A DNA stretch of 53,875 nucleotides from a virus (lineage: Duplodnaviria; Caudoviricetes): the IMG/VR virus record IMGVR_UViG_3300006803_000001, positions 1 through 53,875 of that record, one strand, 5' to 3'. The position numbers and the translations under genes were made by a program. The number at the start of each line of letters is the position of its first letter. Within the stretch, counting starts at the first letter, position 1. The notes beneath the pieces are model-generated. The model did not search any database and was not told where the DNA came from. It worked only from the letters and a program-made list of their open reading frames with translations. This document shows, one piece after another, positions 34,995 to 44,484 of this stretch.

Positions 34995-36646
34995 GGTTGC
35001 TCTTGGTATGTTCCTGCAAAAGTTGATTTTTTAAGCTTTAGGTTTGCTTCGCAAAGGTATCTCGGAGTCGGTGGCGATGCAAAGAAATATGTCCCCTCTG
35101 TCGTTGTTTGCGGAAATTGCAGTGCACTGGGGTCGTCCCCTAGCGCGGCAAACAATGTCGGGTTGTAGCTTCCCGAGATGGTTGCATCTTTAAATGTCAG
35201 AAACGCTTCGTCATTTGCATTTGTTGGAATGAGTGTCGGGTTGTAGCTTCCCGAGATGGTCGCGTCTTTAAATGTCAGAAACGCTTCGTCATTTGCATTT
35301 GTTGGAATAAGTGATGGGGTATAGCTTCCAGAGATGGTCGATTTGCGCCACAAAAAACGATCGCCAATTCTCGGGGGGATTGGTGTCACCTCTCCGACCC
35401 AAGTCGTGAGGTTGTGTGTCACGTCAAGACCCTTGATCAATAGTTCTCCCGATATGACTTCGACTCCTGTCAGATACAATGGGTTGACGGGTGAATTGCA
35501 AAGGAGGTATTCTTGACTGTAGAACCCGCCGAAAAATCTGATATAAAGCTTTGCCTCTCCTCGCTTGAGGTAGACAACGCACATGTCCGCTTGTCCCGCC
35601 GTGATTGATGCGTCAACCGCCCAAGTATTGACCATGATCGGCGAAAAACCCTCGAAGGTCGCGACTCTTTTTGCAAGCGTTCCGTCTCTGAATTTCACTT
35701 CTATGTTCCCATTCGTGAGACCAATTGCAATGTGTTCTTTCGAGCTTAAATCAAAAAGACCATGAACATGTTCTCCCTCTGGGGCGGCGTCGTATAAATC
35801 TGAAAAGAATATATCCCCGCCGCTCTGCTTTAATTGAACCCCGCTTCCGTCTACGATCTCGAGCTCCCAATCTCTTTGGTGAGGGAATGTTTGTTGCAAG
35901 CTGTAGGCTTCCGGACCGACTATTTCTGCCGTTGTGAACGAAAGCTTTTCGCCAATGGGCAACGGCGTTTGCCGAGTCTTGACAACGGGAGGGTATGAAT
36001 TGATTGCTTGCCCCGATATAAGTTGCTCGCTTTGGTTTGGCAATGTGTGCAATGCCTCCTCGACTTGTAATTCGAACTCGCATGAGTTTGGCGCCTTGTA
36101 TACGATTTGAGTTTCGTCGTTCACCTGTTTTGCAAAAATGCAAAATCCTGCATACGTCCCTTCATCAATTGCAAAAGGTGTTTTTGTTTCGAGGACAATA
36201 TCAGTTGTTGAGCCCCCAGCGCTTGAGGCTGAAATCACTCGAGAGACATGCAATTCTCTGTCGCGGCTATAAAACCATGCAACTGTGCCGAACTTGTCGA
36301 GTTTTGTCGGATCAAGGTCAACCGCGTAATCAACGCCGACGATGATATTCAACGCAACCGCGCCCGCGGGCGCTGCATTTGCAATAATGAAGTCTTGTGT
36401 CCATGACGGAATGTAAAACGGATTTGCGATTCCTTGATTTTTCAACAAGAATTCACGCAAGATTCTTTCGTCTGCCCCGTTGGTCAATGTCCATTTTGCG
36501 TTCATTGAACGGCGACCGCGGCTGTCATATATGCCATACCTTTGCGTTGCTCCGAGCTCGAGGTCTCGCCGCCCGTCCGTGAACGTAAAAACAGGAGGGG
36601 TCGAGAAATCGGGAGCGATTGTAAATACTGGATAAAACTCAATCAT
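34991..36646 (-). CDS. Distal tail/baseplate protein B1
   Basis: Paralog of B2; contains a 26-aa tandem repeat. Confidence 0.75.
   Translation of the reverse strand: MIEFYPVFTIAPDFSTPPVFTFTDGRRDLELGATQRYGIYDSRGRRSMNAKWTLTNGADERILREFLLKNQGIANPFYIPSWTQDFIIANAAPAGAVALNIIVGVDYAVDLDPTKLDKFGTVAWFYSRDRELHVSRVISASSAGGSTTDIVLETKTPFAIDEGTYAGFCIFAKQVNDETQIVYKAPNSCEFELQVEEALHTLPNQSEQLISGQAINSYPPVVKTRQTPLPIGEKLSFTTAEIVGPEAYSLQQTFPHQRDWELEIVDGSGVQLKQSGGDIFFSDLYDAAPEGEHVHGLFDLSSKEHIAIGLTNGNIEVKFRDGTLAKRVATFEGFSPIMVNTWAVDASITAGQADMCVVYLKRGEAKLYIRFFGGFYSQEYLLCNSPVNPLYLTGVEVISGELLIKGLDVTHNLTTWVGEVTPIPPRIGDRFLWRKSTISGSYTPSLIPTNANDEAFLTFKDATISGSYNPTLIPTNANDEAFLTFKDATISGSYNPTLFAALGDDPSALQFPQTTTEGTYFFASPPTPRYLCEANLKLKKSTFAGTYQEQP
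35156..35338. repeat. 78-bp tandem repeat (~2.3 units)
   Basis: Encodes TISGSYNPTLIPTNANDEAFLTFKDA repeats; the two full units are near-identical. Confidence 0.92.
36360..36373. repeat. Palindrome GCGCCCGCGGGCGC, copy 6 (inside B1)
   Basis: Exact match; encodes APAGA. Confidence 0.95.
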
Positions 36647-37221
36647 ATTTCATTGAATGACAATCTTTCCATTGACGCCCGTGTTTGAGTCAGTGTTCGA
36701 GCCCCAGACTCGAGAGACAGTGTCCCGACTGCTGTCGGAAAAACCCATGCCCCCGAGGGGAAAAGCGGCGCGGTCAAATCCTCTTCGAGTATGAGTCTAG
36801 TCCTTTGGGTTTGTATGTCCGTGACTGTTCGCCATGCGGCGCCGATTCGGTAATCATAAACGTATATTCTCGACCCGATTGCAATCTCTGCGGGAACCCC
36901 AATGTCGCAAAAGATTTCACCCTCGATTGTTTGAGGGAGTCTGACCTCTGTCGAATGACCCCAAAGAGGCATGCGCAAAGGCTTGAACGCTTGTGCAATT
37001 CTATTGAAAGAAAGCTTTTCGTTGTCAGAGTCGCTTGTCGTGTCCCTTGTAATTGTCCACGCGTTGCGGGGTCTCGACCATTGTCTGACGTTTTGCGTGT
37101 ATCCGCTCAACGCTTCGATTGACGATGTCTTGTAAGATATTGTCGATTGCACGCCTCCCGCCCAATTCGGCAAGAGTGCAAGCTCTTCGGCGTCATCGTA
37201 TGTATTTGGGTATGACATCAA
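36643..37221 (-). CDS. Distal tail (Dit-like) protein A1
   Basis: Immediately after the tape measure gene; PNW..G......KT..I...SG..Q.VR motif. Confidence 0.75.
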   Translation of the reverse strand: MMSYPNTYDDAEELALLPNWAGGVQSTISYKTSSIEALSGYTQNVRQWSRPRNAWTITRDTTSDSDNEKLSFNRIAQAFKPLRMPLWGHSTEVRLPQTIEGEIFCDIGVPAEIAIGSRIYVYDYRIGAAWRTVTDIQTQRTRLILEEDLTAPLFPSGAWVFPTAVGTLSLESGARTLTQTRASMERLSFNEI

Positions 37222-37224
37222 TCA

Positions 37225-39750
37225 TTATCCTTGGAAGGCTTGTTGAAACTTTTTGCGGTTTCTGGATATCACATTGAGAATGAGCCCGGGGTTGTTTGCA
37301 ATTTCTCTTTGCACCTCTCTCGGGTCAATCACATTGACGATTCGCATTTCCTGCTGTGGCGCTTGTTGTTGATTTTGAGTCGGTGCATTGGACTCGAGCA
37401 TTCCTTCCATGTCTCGGCGCTGTTTGCGGCTCAAGACCATTTCGCCTTTTTCTAAGACTGCGGGTATCTCGCTCGATGCAATTCCGCCTTTGTGGTATCT
37501 CTTGACTCCTGCGAATGCCGCGTTTGGCAGTGACCTTGTCGAGCCTCCCTCCGCTGCGCCTCCGCCGTGCCTTGTTGACACTGGAGTTGACGGGGCTCCC
37601 GGCTGTGGGGCGCCTCCGCTGATTGCTCGGATTGCCGCTCTCACTGCCATTTCGATGAGCAATTGCATGATGATTTTTAAGATGCCTTTGACGATTTGCT
37701 CTGCCAGTTGGGCGAACGCTTCCTTCGCGTCTTTCGCTCCTGTGATGACGTCGACCATTGTGTCTCGAAGTGCGGTCATTGAGCCCGCCGCAAGCTCGTC
37801 GATTTGCTGGTCAACGTCCCCCCATGCTTCGAGCAATCCCTCAACTTGACTGACCTCCTCTTCGGTATCTGACCCTTTCTTTTTGTCCTCTGGTTTGACT
37901 GGGTCTTGCTTTTCTCTCGGAACGAGACCCTCGATTGGTTTCTCGTATTGAGCATTAAATTGTCCTGCTAGTTCATCGGTTTTGCTCTGAAATTTCCCGA
38001 TTGCCGTTTGTGGGGGCGAAGGCTCAAAAGCCCCGAACATTGCGCCGCCCGCCTCTGGAATGCCTCCGAATGTTTGTGTCGGGTTTACTTGATTGAACAA
38101 ATCTCGCCTTTCCCCTGCTTGCTCCATAAATACTTGCCCAAGCGGCTTGGCTCCCTCTTTACCAATTTGAAGTGTTTTTTCAATGTTTCTGCGAAGGTCG
38201 TCGAGCGGCGTCTCGTCAATTTCCAGTTTGATAAATCCGCCTCCCCCCATCCAAGAGGGCAATTTACTCGCCATTTCATTGACGATATGCTTGACGAAGT
38301 TAAGAGCTAGTTGTTTGAACATGGCTTCGATCCAACTTCGCACGGGAATGAAACCATCTCCGAATGTTCCCCAGAAATCCAAGATTACGTCTTTTAAACG
38401 GCGAATCATGTATACACTCAAAGTGTCAATCGCCGCGCCTCCTAATATGTAAAGCTCTTTACCGAAGAATTCTGCCGCCGCTGCAAGTCCGAGTCTTGCA
38501 TAATCAATCATGCCTTTAAGACCCTCTTCCTTGCCTGTCATGTAAAGAGCCTTGATTGCATTGCCTATCGCCTCTCCTGTGGCTTGGGCGTATGGTAAGA
38601 GCTCGTCAATCAATTGCTGTATCTCGACGAGAACAGGCTTGAGTGCATTCATGATTGGCTTGGCAAACTCCGACAAGAGATATTTCCATTTGCCGTCTAT
38701 GGTCGAAATTAATCCGTTCCAAGTCATCGAGGACGCCATGAGCATTTCTGAATATTTGCCAAGGTCTTTTGTGACGATTTTCCACATGTCCGCTTGAGAC
38801 GCTCCCGCCGCTGAGAGCTTTTTGATCTCGGCTCCCGCGTTCTGACTCAATACGGGAATTTCAACCATCAATCGACGCAATGCTTCCCCGTCTGGTTTGC
38901 CCATCGCTAAGGATGCATAAAGTCTGCCGAAGGTTGAAGTCACTTCCTCGAGAGGTCTGTTTGCAATCTTGGATGCCGCGCCGATAAGTTTGAGGTTTTC
39001 GTTTGTGTCAAAGTCTTCCCCGCCTGCGGCATACAAAAGCTTGCTTGCCCCGATGACCTCAGTTGGTGAAAATGGAGTTTCATTTGAGAACTGGACAAGT
39101 TCCCCCATCCTTTTCTCGGCGGCGTCCATGTCCCCCATCATAAACGAGAGTTGCAATCTTGCATCCTCGAGTTGCGCTGCAATTGGAAGTCCTGCTTTAA
39201 ATGCTTTATAAAGTCCGCCGACCGCTGCAAATGCGATTGTCGCTCCCGCTGCCAATGCTGCAAGGGCGACAATGATCAATCCGATTGTTCCAAGGATTGC
39301 AACTAAGGGAATTGCCGCGGCTGTTGTTGATGCTGCGAGTGCTGTCATCCCCCCAGAGGCTCCCATTGCTGAATTACCAAGAGCCCCGACCCCCGCTGAC
39401 GTGACGCTTGCTGTGCCTGCAATGCCTGTCATGCTATTGCGAAGACCAGAAAGTCCGCCGATGAATGATCTTGTCCGATTCACAAGGCGCCCGAATTTGC
39501 CTTCCATCACGCCCGCGCCGTCTGCTACGTTTAGCAGTGACCCCGACATTGATGCGAGCCCTCCTCGGCTCTTCTGTGCCGCTTGTCCGAGCTTTGCCGC
39601 TGACCTCGATGCCTTGGTCGCGTTCTTGTCTAGTTTCGGGAGGCTTTTTGATGCGGCATTGCCGACGCCTGCAAGACCCTTTCCTATTTTGTCTAATTCT
39701 GAAACGGCTTGTTTTCCGTCGACTTTGACTCCTAGTGTGGCGATATCCAT
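37225..39750 (-). CDS. Tape measure protein
   Basis: MDIATLGVKVD start, Ala/Gly-rich helical, ETPF...EV..A, T.NG..ST, and HKGG....EIPAVLEKGE.VLS C-terminus. Confidence 0.93.
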   Translation of the reverse strand: MDIATLGVKVDGKQAVSELDKIGKGLAGVGNAASKSLPKLDKNATKASRSAAKLGQAAQKSRGGLASMSGSLLNVADGAGVMEGKFGRLVNRTRSFIGGLSGLRNSMTGIAGTASVTSAGVGALGNSAMGASGGMTALAASTTAAAIPLVAILGTIGLIIVALAALAAGATIAFAAVGGLYKAFKAGLPIAAQLEDARLQLSFMMGDMDAAEKRMGELVQFSNETPFSPTEVIGASKLLYAAGGEDFDTNENLKLIGAASKIANRPLEEVTSTFGRLYASLAMGKPDGEALRRLMVEIPVLSQNAGAEIKKLSAAGASQADMWKIVTKDLGKYSEMLMASSMTWNGLISTIDGKWKYLLSEFAKPIMNALKPVLVEIQQLIDELLPYAQATGEAIGNAIKALYMTGKEEGLKGMIDYARLGLAAAAEFFGKELYILGGAAIDTLSVYMIRRLKDVILDFWGTFGDGFIPVRSWIEAMFKQLALNFVKHIVNEMASKLPSWMGGGGFIKLEIDETPLDDLRRNIEKTLQIGKEGAKPLGQVFMEQAGERRDLFNQVNPTQTFGGIPEAGGAMFGAFEPSPPQTAIGKFQSKTDELAGQFNAQYEKPIEGLVPREKQDPVKPEDKKKGSDTEEEVSQVEGLLEAWGDVDQQIDELAAGSMTALRDTMVDVITGAKDAKEAFAQLAEQIVKGILKIIMQLLIEMAVRAAIRAISGGAPQPGAPSTPVSTRHGGGAAEGGSTRSLPNAAFAGVKRYHKGGIASSEIPAVLEKGEMVLSRKQRRDMEGMLESNAPTQNQQQAPQQEMRIVNVIDPREVQREIANNPGLILNVISRNRKKFQQAFQG

Positions 39751-39756
39751 TGAATT

Positions 39757-40035
39757 TTATTTCTTATTTGCGACCCATTCAAGGAATACCGCATCCGCCT
39801 CTTGCATTACAGTCAAAAAATACACATGGTCGCAGAAACCCGCGGCGTTGGCGTAGCATATCGCATCAACGATCGAGATTGCGTTCGGTGCAAAGCCCGA
39901 GCTCCTCGACGCTGACAACTGAAAGAAGGCGCGAACGTATTGCCATTGAGCCTCGTTGATCTCTGGTCTTCTAAGTAATGCGGCAGGCGGATTTTCTGGG
40001 TCGTCTTCGAGCATTTGCTCAAAGTGATCAATCAT
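39757..40035 (-). CDS. Tail assembly chaperone, C-terminal (frameshift) part
   Basis: P......F.QLS.SR..GF.PN.I...D...Y.......D..FL pattern; the frame is open back to the A-run at 40073. Confidence 0.75.
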   Translation of the reverse strand: MIDHFEQMLEDDPENPPAALLRRPEINEAQWQYVRAFFQLSASRSSGFAPNAISIVDAICYANAAGFCDHVYFLTVMQEADAVFLEWVANKK

Positions 40036-40057
40036 GCCGCTGTATTTTAGCTGCCAC

Positions 40058-40453
40058 TCAACTTCCTTTTTTTACGGCGTCCGCTGTGGCGGACATGCTC
40101 TCCCGTTGAAAGTTGGCTTGCTCGGTTGCTTGATCTGCAATGAAGTCTCTCACTGAGGGGACTTGCAATACGCGCTCAACATTTTCGGGCGTGCATGCAA
40201 GTTTTTTCCCATTGTCAGTGATTCCTTTCCAATCAATAATGATCGCTTCAACAAGGCATTTCATTGTCACCTTGCGCGCTGCTGACATTGACTTCGCGAG
40301 CTCTCCTTTGAGCTTGCGACTGTTTTTTTGCATTGCGCGAACATATTCTTTGCTTTCGGTCGATCGGATTTGAAAGGAAGTTTCTTCGTCGTAATCGACC
40401 CAAACTCCATTTTCGACGGCGTCTTCAACAAGCAGTGCGTTTGATAATTCCAT
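40058..40453 (-). CDS. Tail assembly chaperone
   Basis: ENGVW.D, I..DWKGI...G, NF; lies between tube and tape measure. Confidence 0.85.
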   Translation of the reverse strand: MELSNALLVEDAVENGVWVDYDEETSFQIRSTESKEYVRAMQKNSRKLKGELAKSMSAARKVTMKCLVEAIIIDWKGITDNGKKLACTPENVERVLQVPSVRDFIADQATEQANFQRESMSATADAVKKGS

Positions 40454-40470
40454 GTGCGTATACTTGCTTT

Positions 40471-41622
40471 TTATTCGAAGATGTCAAATACGATTTGCGT
40501 GCCTGTGACGGGGTCTAGGATTGCTTGAATATCGGTGTTGACCATGACGTCAGAGTCAATCCCTTCAATGCTTGCACTTCCGCTCGGGAACTTGATTCTC
40601 GGCAAGTAAACCGAGATTGTCCGTCCTGCCGAGTCGGTGACTGTGAAGTCAATCGAGATGTCGTCATGATCGTCGACCTTTGTCAAAAAGTCATTGTTCT
40701 TGAAGTATGCATTCAAGCTTCCTGTGATCTCACAACGACCCATGCCGACGTCGAAGTTGCCTTCGTATGACAGGGCGTCTTTGCCTCTGAGGTTGTTTGC
40801 AATTTCGAGGGTCAAGGTTTTGAATCTCTCTGTTGATGCGGCGTCGTCGACTGCAAGGGTTCCCATGTTCGAGGTTCCGTTGAGGATGTCTCCGACTGGG
40901 GCGTTGGCGTATCCGTTCGAGTCAATGCTTGTGTTTGCCTTGACTCCAGTCAATCCAAGAAACGAAAGGGATCCCGTGATGATTGCCTTGCTCTCGATAT
41001 TGAGAGAAAGAGTATCCGCGACCATGCCGCTGAATTGCTGATAAAATTCCCCGCCTGTATTGTCGACGATCTTTTTCTCGATGGTCATGCTCTTGCGAGT
41101 CACTCCGTTGCGGATTGATTTGACTTTGATTGTGGCTGTATCTGATTCGTCTGAGTTGAATTGACCAGCAACGCATGTCAGTTCTGATCCGTCTCCGCTT
41201 ACTGCAACGACGCGCTTGACCCCGTTGTTGAGTGCGTCGGCTAGTCCGCTGACTTTAATTCCCGACCCGACCTTGACTGTTGAGAAGTCTCCCGCCGCTC
41301 CTGTGATAGTGCTCGAGCTCGCAACGACTGCAATTGCCCCCGTGAAATCGAGTGTGTCGTAATCGGCTTGCATTGCGTATTGCAACAAGTCGTCAAATTG
41401 TAAAACGGAAAGCTCAAAGTCCATTGATCCGCTTGCTTGGTTGTGAACTTTTGCAAGGTCTGGAATTTGGCGGTCGCTTCGAATCTCGTCCGATGTGATT
41501 GCTTCTTTTTCTGTGATGATGCTTTCGCCAGTCATGCGCAAAAGTTTGTATCCGTCTGTCGGAGGGGTTCCGAATGTTGTCTCGCCCGAATAAGCGAGAG
41601 ATGCTAAGTTTGAGTCACTCAT
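40471..41622 (-). CDS. Major tail tube protein
   Basis: Y..ETTFGT.P....LR.TGES....S.EIRSDRQ..., G.CEITGSL.AYF. Confidence 0.9.
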   Translation of the reverse strand: MSDSNLASLAYSGETTFGTPPTDGYKLLRMTGESIITEKEAITSDEIRSDRQIPDLAKVHNQASGSMDFELSVLQFDDLLQYAMQADYDTLDFTGAIAVVASSSTITGAAGDFSTVKVGSGIKVSGLADALNNGVKRVVAVSGDGSELTCVAGQFNSDESDTATIKVKSIRNGVTRKSMTIEKKIVDNTGGEFYQQFSGMVADTLSLNIESKAIITGSLSFLGLTGVKANTSIDSNGYANAPVGDILNGTSNMGTLAVDDAASTERFKTLTLEIANNLRGKDALSYEGNFDVGMGRCEITGSLNAYFKNNDFLTKVDDHDDISIDFTVTDSAGRTISVYLPRIKFPSGSASIEGIDSDVMVNTDIQAILDPVTGTQIVFDIFE

Positions 41623-41694
41623 ATTTTTGTGTTTGTTGTTTGGGTTGCTTTTTACTGTGACAAATCATGGTGATTCGTCGGGCGGTAAATTGTT

Positions 41695-42099
41695 TTAAGT
41701 GTCGCCGATTGCGTCGATTGCAATGCTGAATACTTTGTATCCGTCTGCAATCCCTCCGTCTTGCAATGTGACTCTTTTTGTTTTGAGGGTTGTCAATCCG
41801 TCATCTGACAAGAAGTTTTGATTCTCGAGCGTTGAAAGGGCGTCGGCTGATTCGTATGCTTCCTTGATTCCTTGGTGCATTTCCATATGAATTTGCACTC
41901 CAAAGATTACGGGCGTGCGTTGCAAAAGACCAGTCATCGCGGCGTTGATTGTTGTTCCTTGTATGATGGTGAAACGACCCCAAGGCGCGACCGATGGTTT
42001 CTTGCGCCCGTCATTAGGATAGAGCAAAGGCATACGATCCGCCCATGCTGTCACGAACGCTTGCGTTGCCAGTGTTCTGATGTTTGAATGATGACTCAT
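41695..42099 (-). CDS. Tail terminator protein
   Basis: Position before the tube gene; YPN.....PW.RF.I...G..QI pattern. Confidence 0.7.
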   Translation of the reverse strand: MSHHSNIRTLATQAFVTAWADRMPLLYPNDGRKKPSVAPWGRFTIIQGTTINAAMTGLLQRTPVIFGVQIHMEMHQGIKEAYESADALSTLENQNFLSDDGLTTLKTKRVTLQDGGIADGYKVFSIAIDAIGDT

Positions 42100-42548
42100 A
42101 ATTGTGAAAGGGCGTTTGATATTTCAACTTCGATTTCTGCGATTGATATTCTGACCATGCCCCCGACCGCTTGCTTGCTGTGCCCCGTTTCTAGGTATTG
42201 AATATATTCAAGATTTGACGTGATGTAAATCGGCTTACTGCCGAGGTCTGTGCCCTTGGAAATACTCGGGAATTTGTTCTCGGGTGATTTTGGCGGGGAG
42301 CCCTTGGTCTTGTTTTTGCCTTCTGCTTTCTTGCTGGTCTTTGACGGGACTTTTTGGTTGATCGCCCCGACGCCAAGATTCCAACTTGCGCGAGCTCTGC
42401 CCGTGTCGACTGGCGTCCTCTCTGTGATCTTTGTCCAGAGATTGAGGACGATGTATCGAATAAGCTTGTTCATGCTCATTTCCGCCTTCTCGGCGAATTG
42501 TTCTAAATCCGCTTTGAATGCAATCACGTTTGATGCGTTGCTTGCCAT
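42096..42548 (-). CDS. HK97 gp10-like tail completion protein
   Basis: TPVDTGRARASW...YI.SNL.YI..LE.GHSKQA..GMVR. Confidence 0.88.
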   Translation of the reverse strand: MASNASNVIAFKADLEQFAEKAEMSMNKLIRYIVLNLWTKITERTPVDTGRARASWNLGVGAINQKVPSKTSKKAEGKNKTKGSPPKSPENKFPSISKGTDLGSKPIYITSNLEYIQYLETGHSKQAVGGMVRISIAEIEVEISNALSQL

Positions 42549-42913
42549 TACCTTGCGACGATGAATTTGATTGTTGCCCCGACTGGGTCGAGCTCGATTC
42601 CGACAACGCCGTATGTCGCCGCCCCGATTTGAATTTGTGCCTCTGTTGTTGGGTCTACGCTTCCGACGTCCGAGGCTTTGACGAGATACACTTCATTGTT
42701 GACCATTAAGCTGGTATCGGCGTTGTATTGCTTTTCGTTATATCTCAACGCTGAGAGCTCGACTTCCGTTCCCCACCCCGAAGTCGAAGTCTCTGTGATC
42801 GGGTCATAGACGCCCTCTGTGGGGTCAAGGCGGAGTGTGATCGTCTTCCAAGCTTGATCGGCGAGCCCTTCCGCGATATCGTATCCTTTTTCCGCTAGTG
42901 CTCTGATGTCCAT
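42548..42913 (-). CDS. Head closure protein
   Basis: G.YDP.T motif; neck position. Confidence 0.7.
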   Translation of the reverse strand: MDIRALAEKGYDIAEGLADQAWKTITLRLDPTEGVYDPITETSTSGWGTEVELSALRYNEKQYNADTSLMVNNEVYLVKASDVGSVDPTTEAQIQIGAATYGVVGIELDPVGATIKFIVAR

Positions 42914-42916
42914 ATC

Positions 42917-43453
42917 TTATCTTTCAACGCTTCCGAGTGAGAAGCTTTTCGATGAGTTGCTTGTCTTGACTGTGCCGTATCCCGGGAGCATGTGATCAAT
43001 AAAGTCGGGTATGATTTGGGTTCCTAGCTTCTCGAAGAAACCAAGTTGAACGGCGCCGTTGCCGACGTTTAGGCTGCTGAGATTTGCCTCAGACGGATCG
43101 ACTGCGACCTTCCCTTGTTTTGCGTGCAATTGAATCGCCATTTCGCAACATGCGTCTTTCACTGGATTCGGGACGATGTCGTCCGCGATTGCAATCCCGT
43201 CAACAACGAGCTCGATTCTCGGGAATGCAAGAGCCTGTGTATCTGTCGCCCTCTTGCCTACCCAGTTGACAGAGCTCGTCAATTGCCTGCTTGCGCTGAT
43301 GATTGCCGCCTTTTTGATCTCCCCGTCGGTCTCTGCCGTCCATGCCGTCGAGGTCAATGAACTCTCGGCGTATGCGTCAACCTCGAGCTCGGTGACGTAT
43401 GTGTTTGCGTCTGCAAGTCCTGTGCCGTCTTCGGGTGTTAATACTAAAGCCAT
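42917..43453 (-). CDS. Head-tail adaptor (DnaT-like family annotation)
   Basis: EDGTGL.DANTYV...QAL.FPR.....IVP..VK.A.CE.A. Confidence 0.82.
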   Translation of the reverse strand: MALVLTPEDGTGLADANTYVTELEVDAYAESSLTSTAWTAETDGEIKKAAIISASRQLTSSVNWVGKRATDTQALAFPRIELVVDGIAIADDIVPNPVKDACCEMAIQLHAKQGKVAVDPSEANLSSLNVGNGAVQLGFFEKLGTQIIPDFIDHMLPGYGTVKTSNSSKSFSLGSVER

Positions 43454-43507
43454 TATTTTGTAATTGTCTGTTTATACGATTTTCAAATTCTTTTGTCATC
43501 AACTAAA

Positions 43508-43521
43508 GCGCCCGCGGGCGC
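43508..43521. repeat. Palindrome GCGCCCGCGGGCGC, copy 7 (intergenic)
   Basis: Exact match, just after the holin-like stop. Confidence 0.95.
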
Positions 43522-43525
43522 CTTT

Positions 43526-43834
43526 TCATGATTTGTGCTTGATTTCGCTGTGCATTGACTGAGTTGCCGCGGCTAAATCTTTGAGTGCAAGGGAAAGTGT
43601 ATTGAACAATTCCCGTTGTTCTGTTCTGTCCGCGTGACGCTCTGTCCTTTCGTCTCTCATTACTTTTTCGATGAGCTCTGTATGATGCTTGTCCTTTCTT
43701 GTGAGGACATAAAAGAAAGCAAACAAAGAGGCAAAAAGGGCGAAGATGATCAGACCAATAAGCCCGCCCGCGTTTTGCCACATTTCGGGGTCGCCAATGG
43801 TTGCAATGATGTGAATTGTATTTTGAAGATTCAT
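43526..43834 (-). CDS. Putative holin
   Basis: One TM segment plus coiled-coil; next to the lysin candidate. Confidence 0.55.
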   Translation of the reverse strand: MNLQNTIHIIATIGDPEMWQNAGGLIGLIIFALFASLFAFFYVLTRKDKHHTELIEKVMRDERTERHADRTEQRELFNTLSLALKDLAAATQSMHSEIKHKS

Positions 43835-43836
43835 GT

Positions 43837-44484
43837 CTATTTGTAGTCTCCGTCATACCAAAACCCGTTTTTCGGGTCTTTGATACGAGGCTCATTTATA
43901 AGGTGATATTGAAAAGAGTTTTGATTGTGTCTCTTCATCAACATTTGCAGGGTGGAAAAAAATGATTGCCACTGTTCGGGCGGGACTGTCTGACATCCTG
44001 CCGAGCTCGTTGTCGTGTATCCGCCTCGGTGAAGGTTAATCCAGAATCGGAGGTTTGCTCGGTCATGAAATAGGCTGTCCGTGCCCTCTATGCGCTTGCC
44101 GTTGCCCTCGCCGCCGTCTCGGCGAACCACAACGCTCGAGGCTTGTCGGAAGGCTGTGTGCCCGCTTTTTTTGCCGTATCCGTGATGCCCTTGCACATAG
44201 TCGACGATTTGCGGGCTCTCAAGACTTGCTCGTCCCTGCTTGTATCCGCTTGGGTCGGTGTTGAAATTAAAGCTTAAAAATGATTCGGGTGAGATTATGA
44301 ACGCGGCGTCGTCGTAGATTCCCCGATCGTTCTTTGCCTTTTTACCCATTGAGTCGAGGTAATAGCCTCTGACTGCAATGACTGAAACGGCGTCCTCTTG
44401 CAATTTCTGGTCAATCTGACTCGATCTCCAGTTCTCAATCTTCGCTCGCAATGCCTGCGGTCTTTTTTTGGGTAAGAATCTCAT
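43837..44484 (-). CDS. Putative endolysin / cell-wall enzyme
   Basis: VRGYY...NDRG.YDD...NTDPS...INLHRGG...SAGCQT (H..SxGC, transpeptidase-like catalytic motif); start MRFLP. Confidence 0.65.
   Translation of the reverse strand: MRFLPKKRPQALRAKIENWRSSQIDQKLQEDAVSVIAVRGYYLDSMGKKAKNDRGIYDDAAFIISPESFLSFNFNTDPSGYKQGRASLESPQIVDYVQGHHGYGKKSGHTAFRQASSVVVRRDGGEGNGKRIEGTDSLFHDRANLRFWINLHRGGYTTTSSAGCQTVPPEQWQSFFSTLQMLMKRHNQNSFQYHLINEPRIKDPKNGFWYDGDYK

Noticed and set aside
29235-37221. Diversity-generating retroelement or invertible tail shufflon
   Set aside because: No reverse transcriptase or invertase; the copies are direct, full-length and do not differ specifically at adenines.
40067-40073. Canonical -1 slippery site
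   Set aside because: The -1 frame hits TAA after six codons and does not reach the downstream chaperone ORF.
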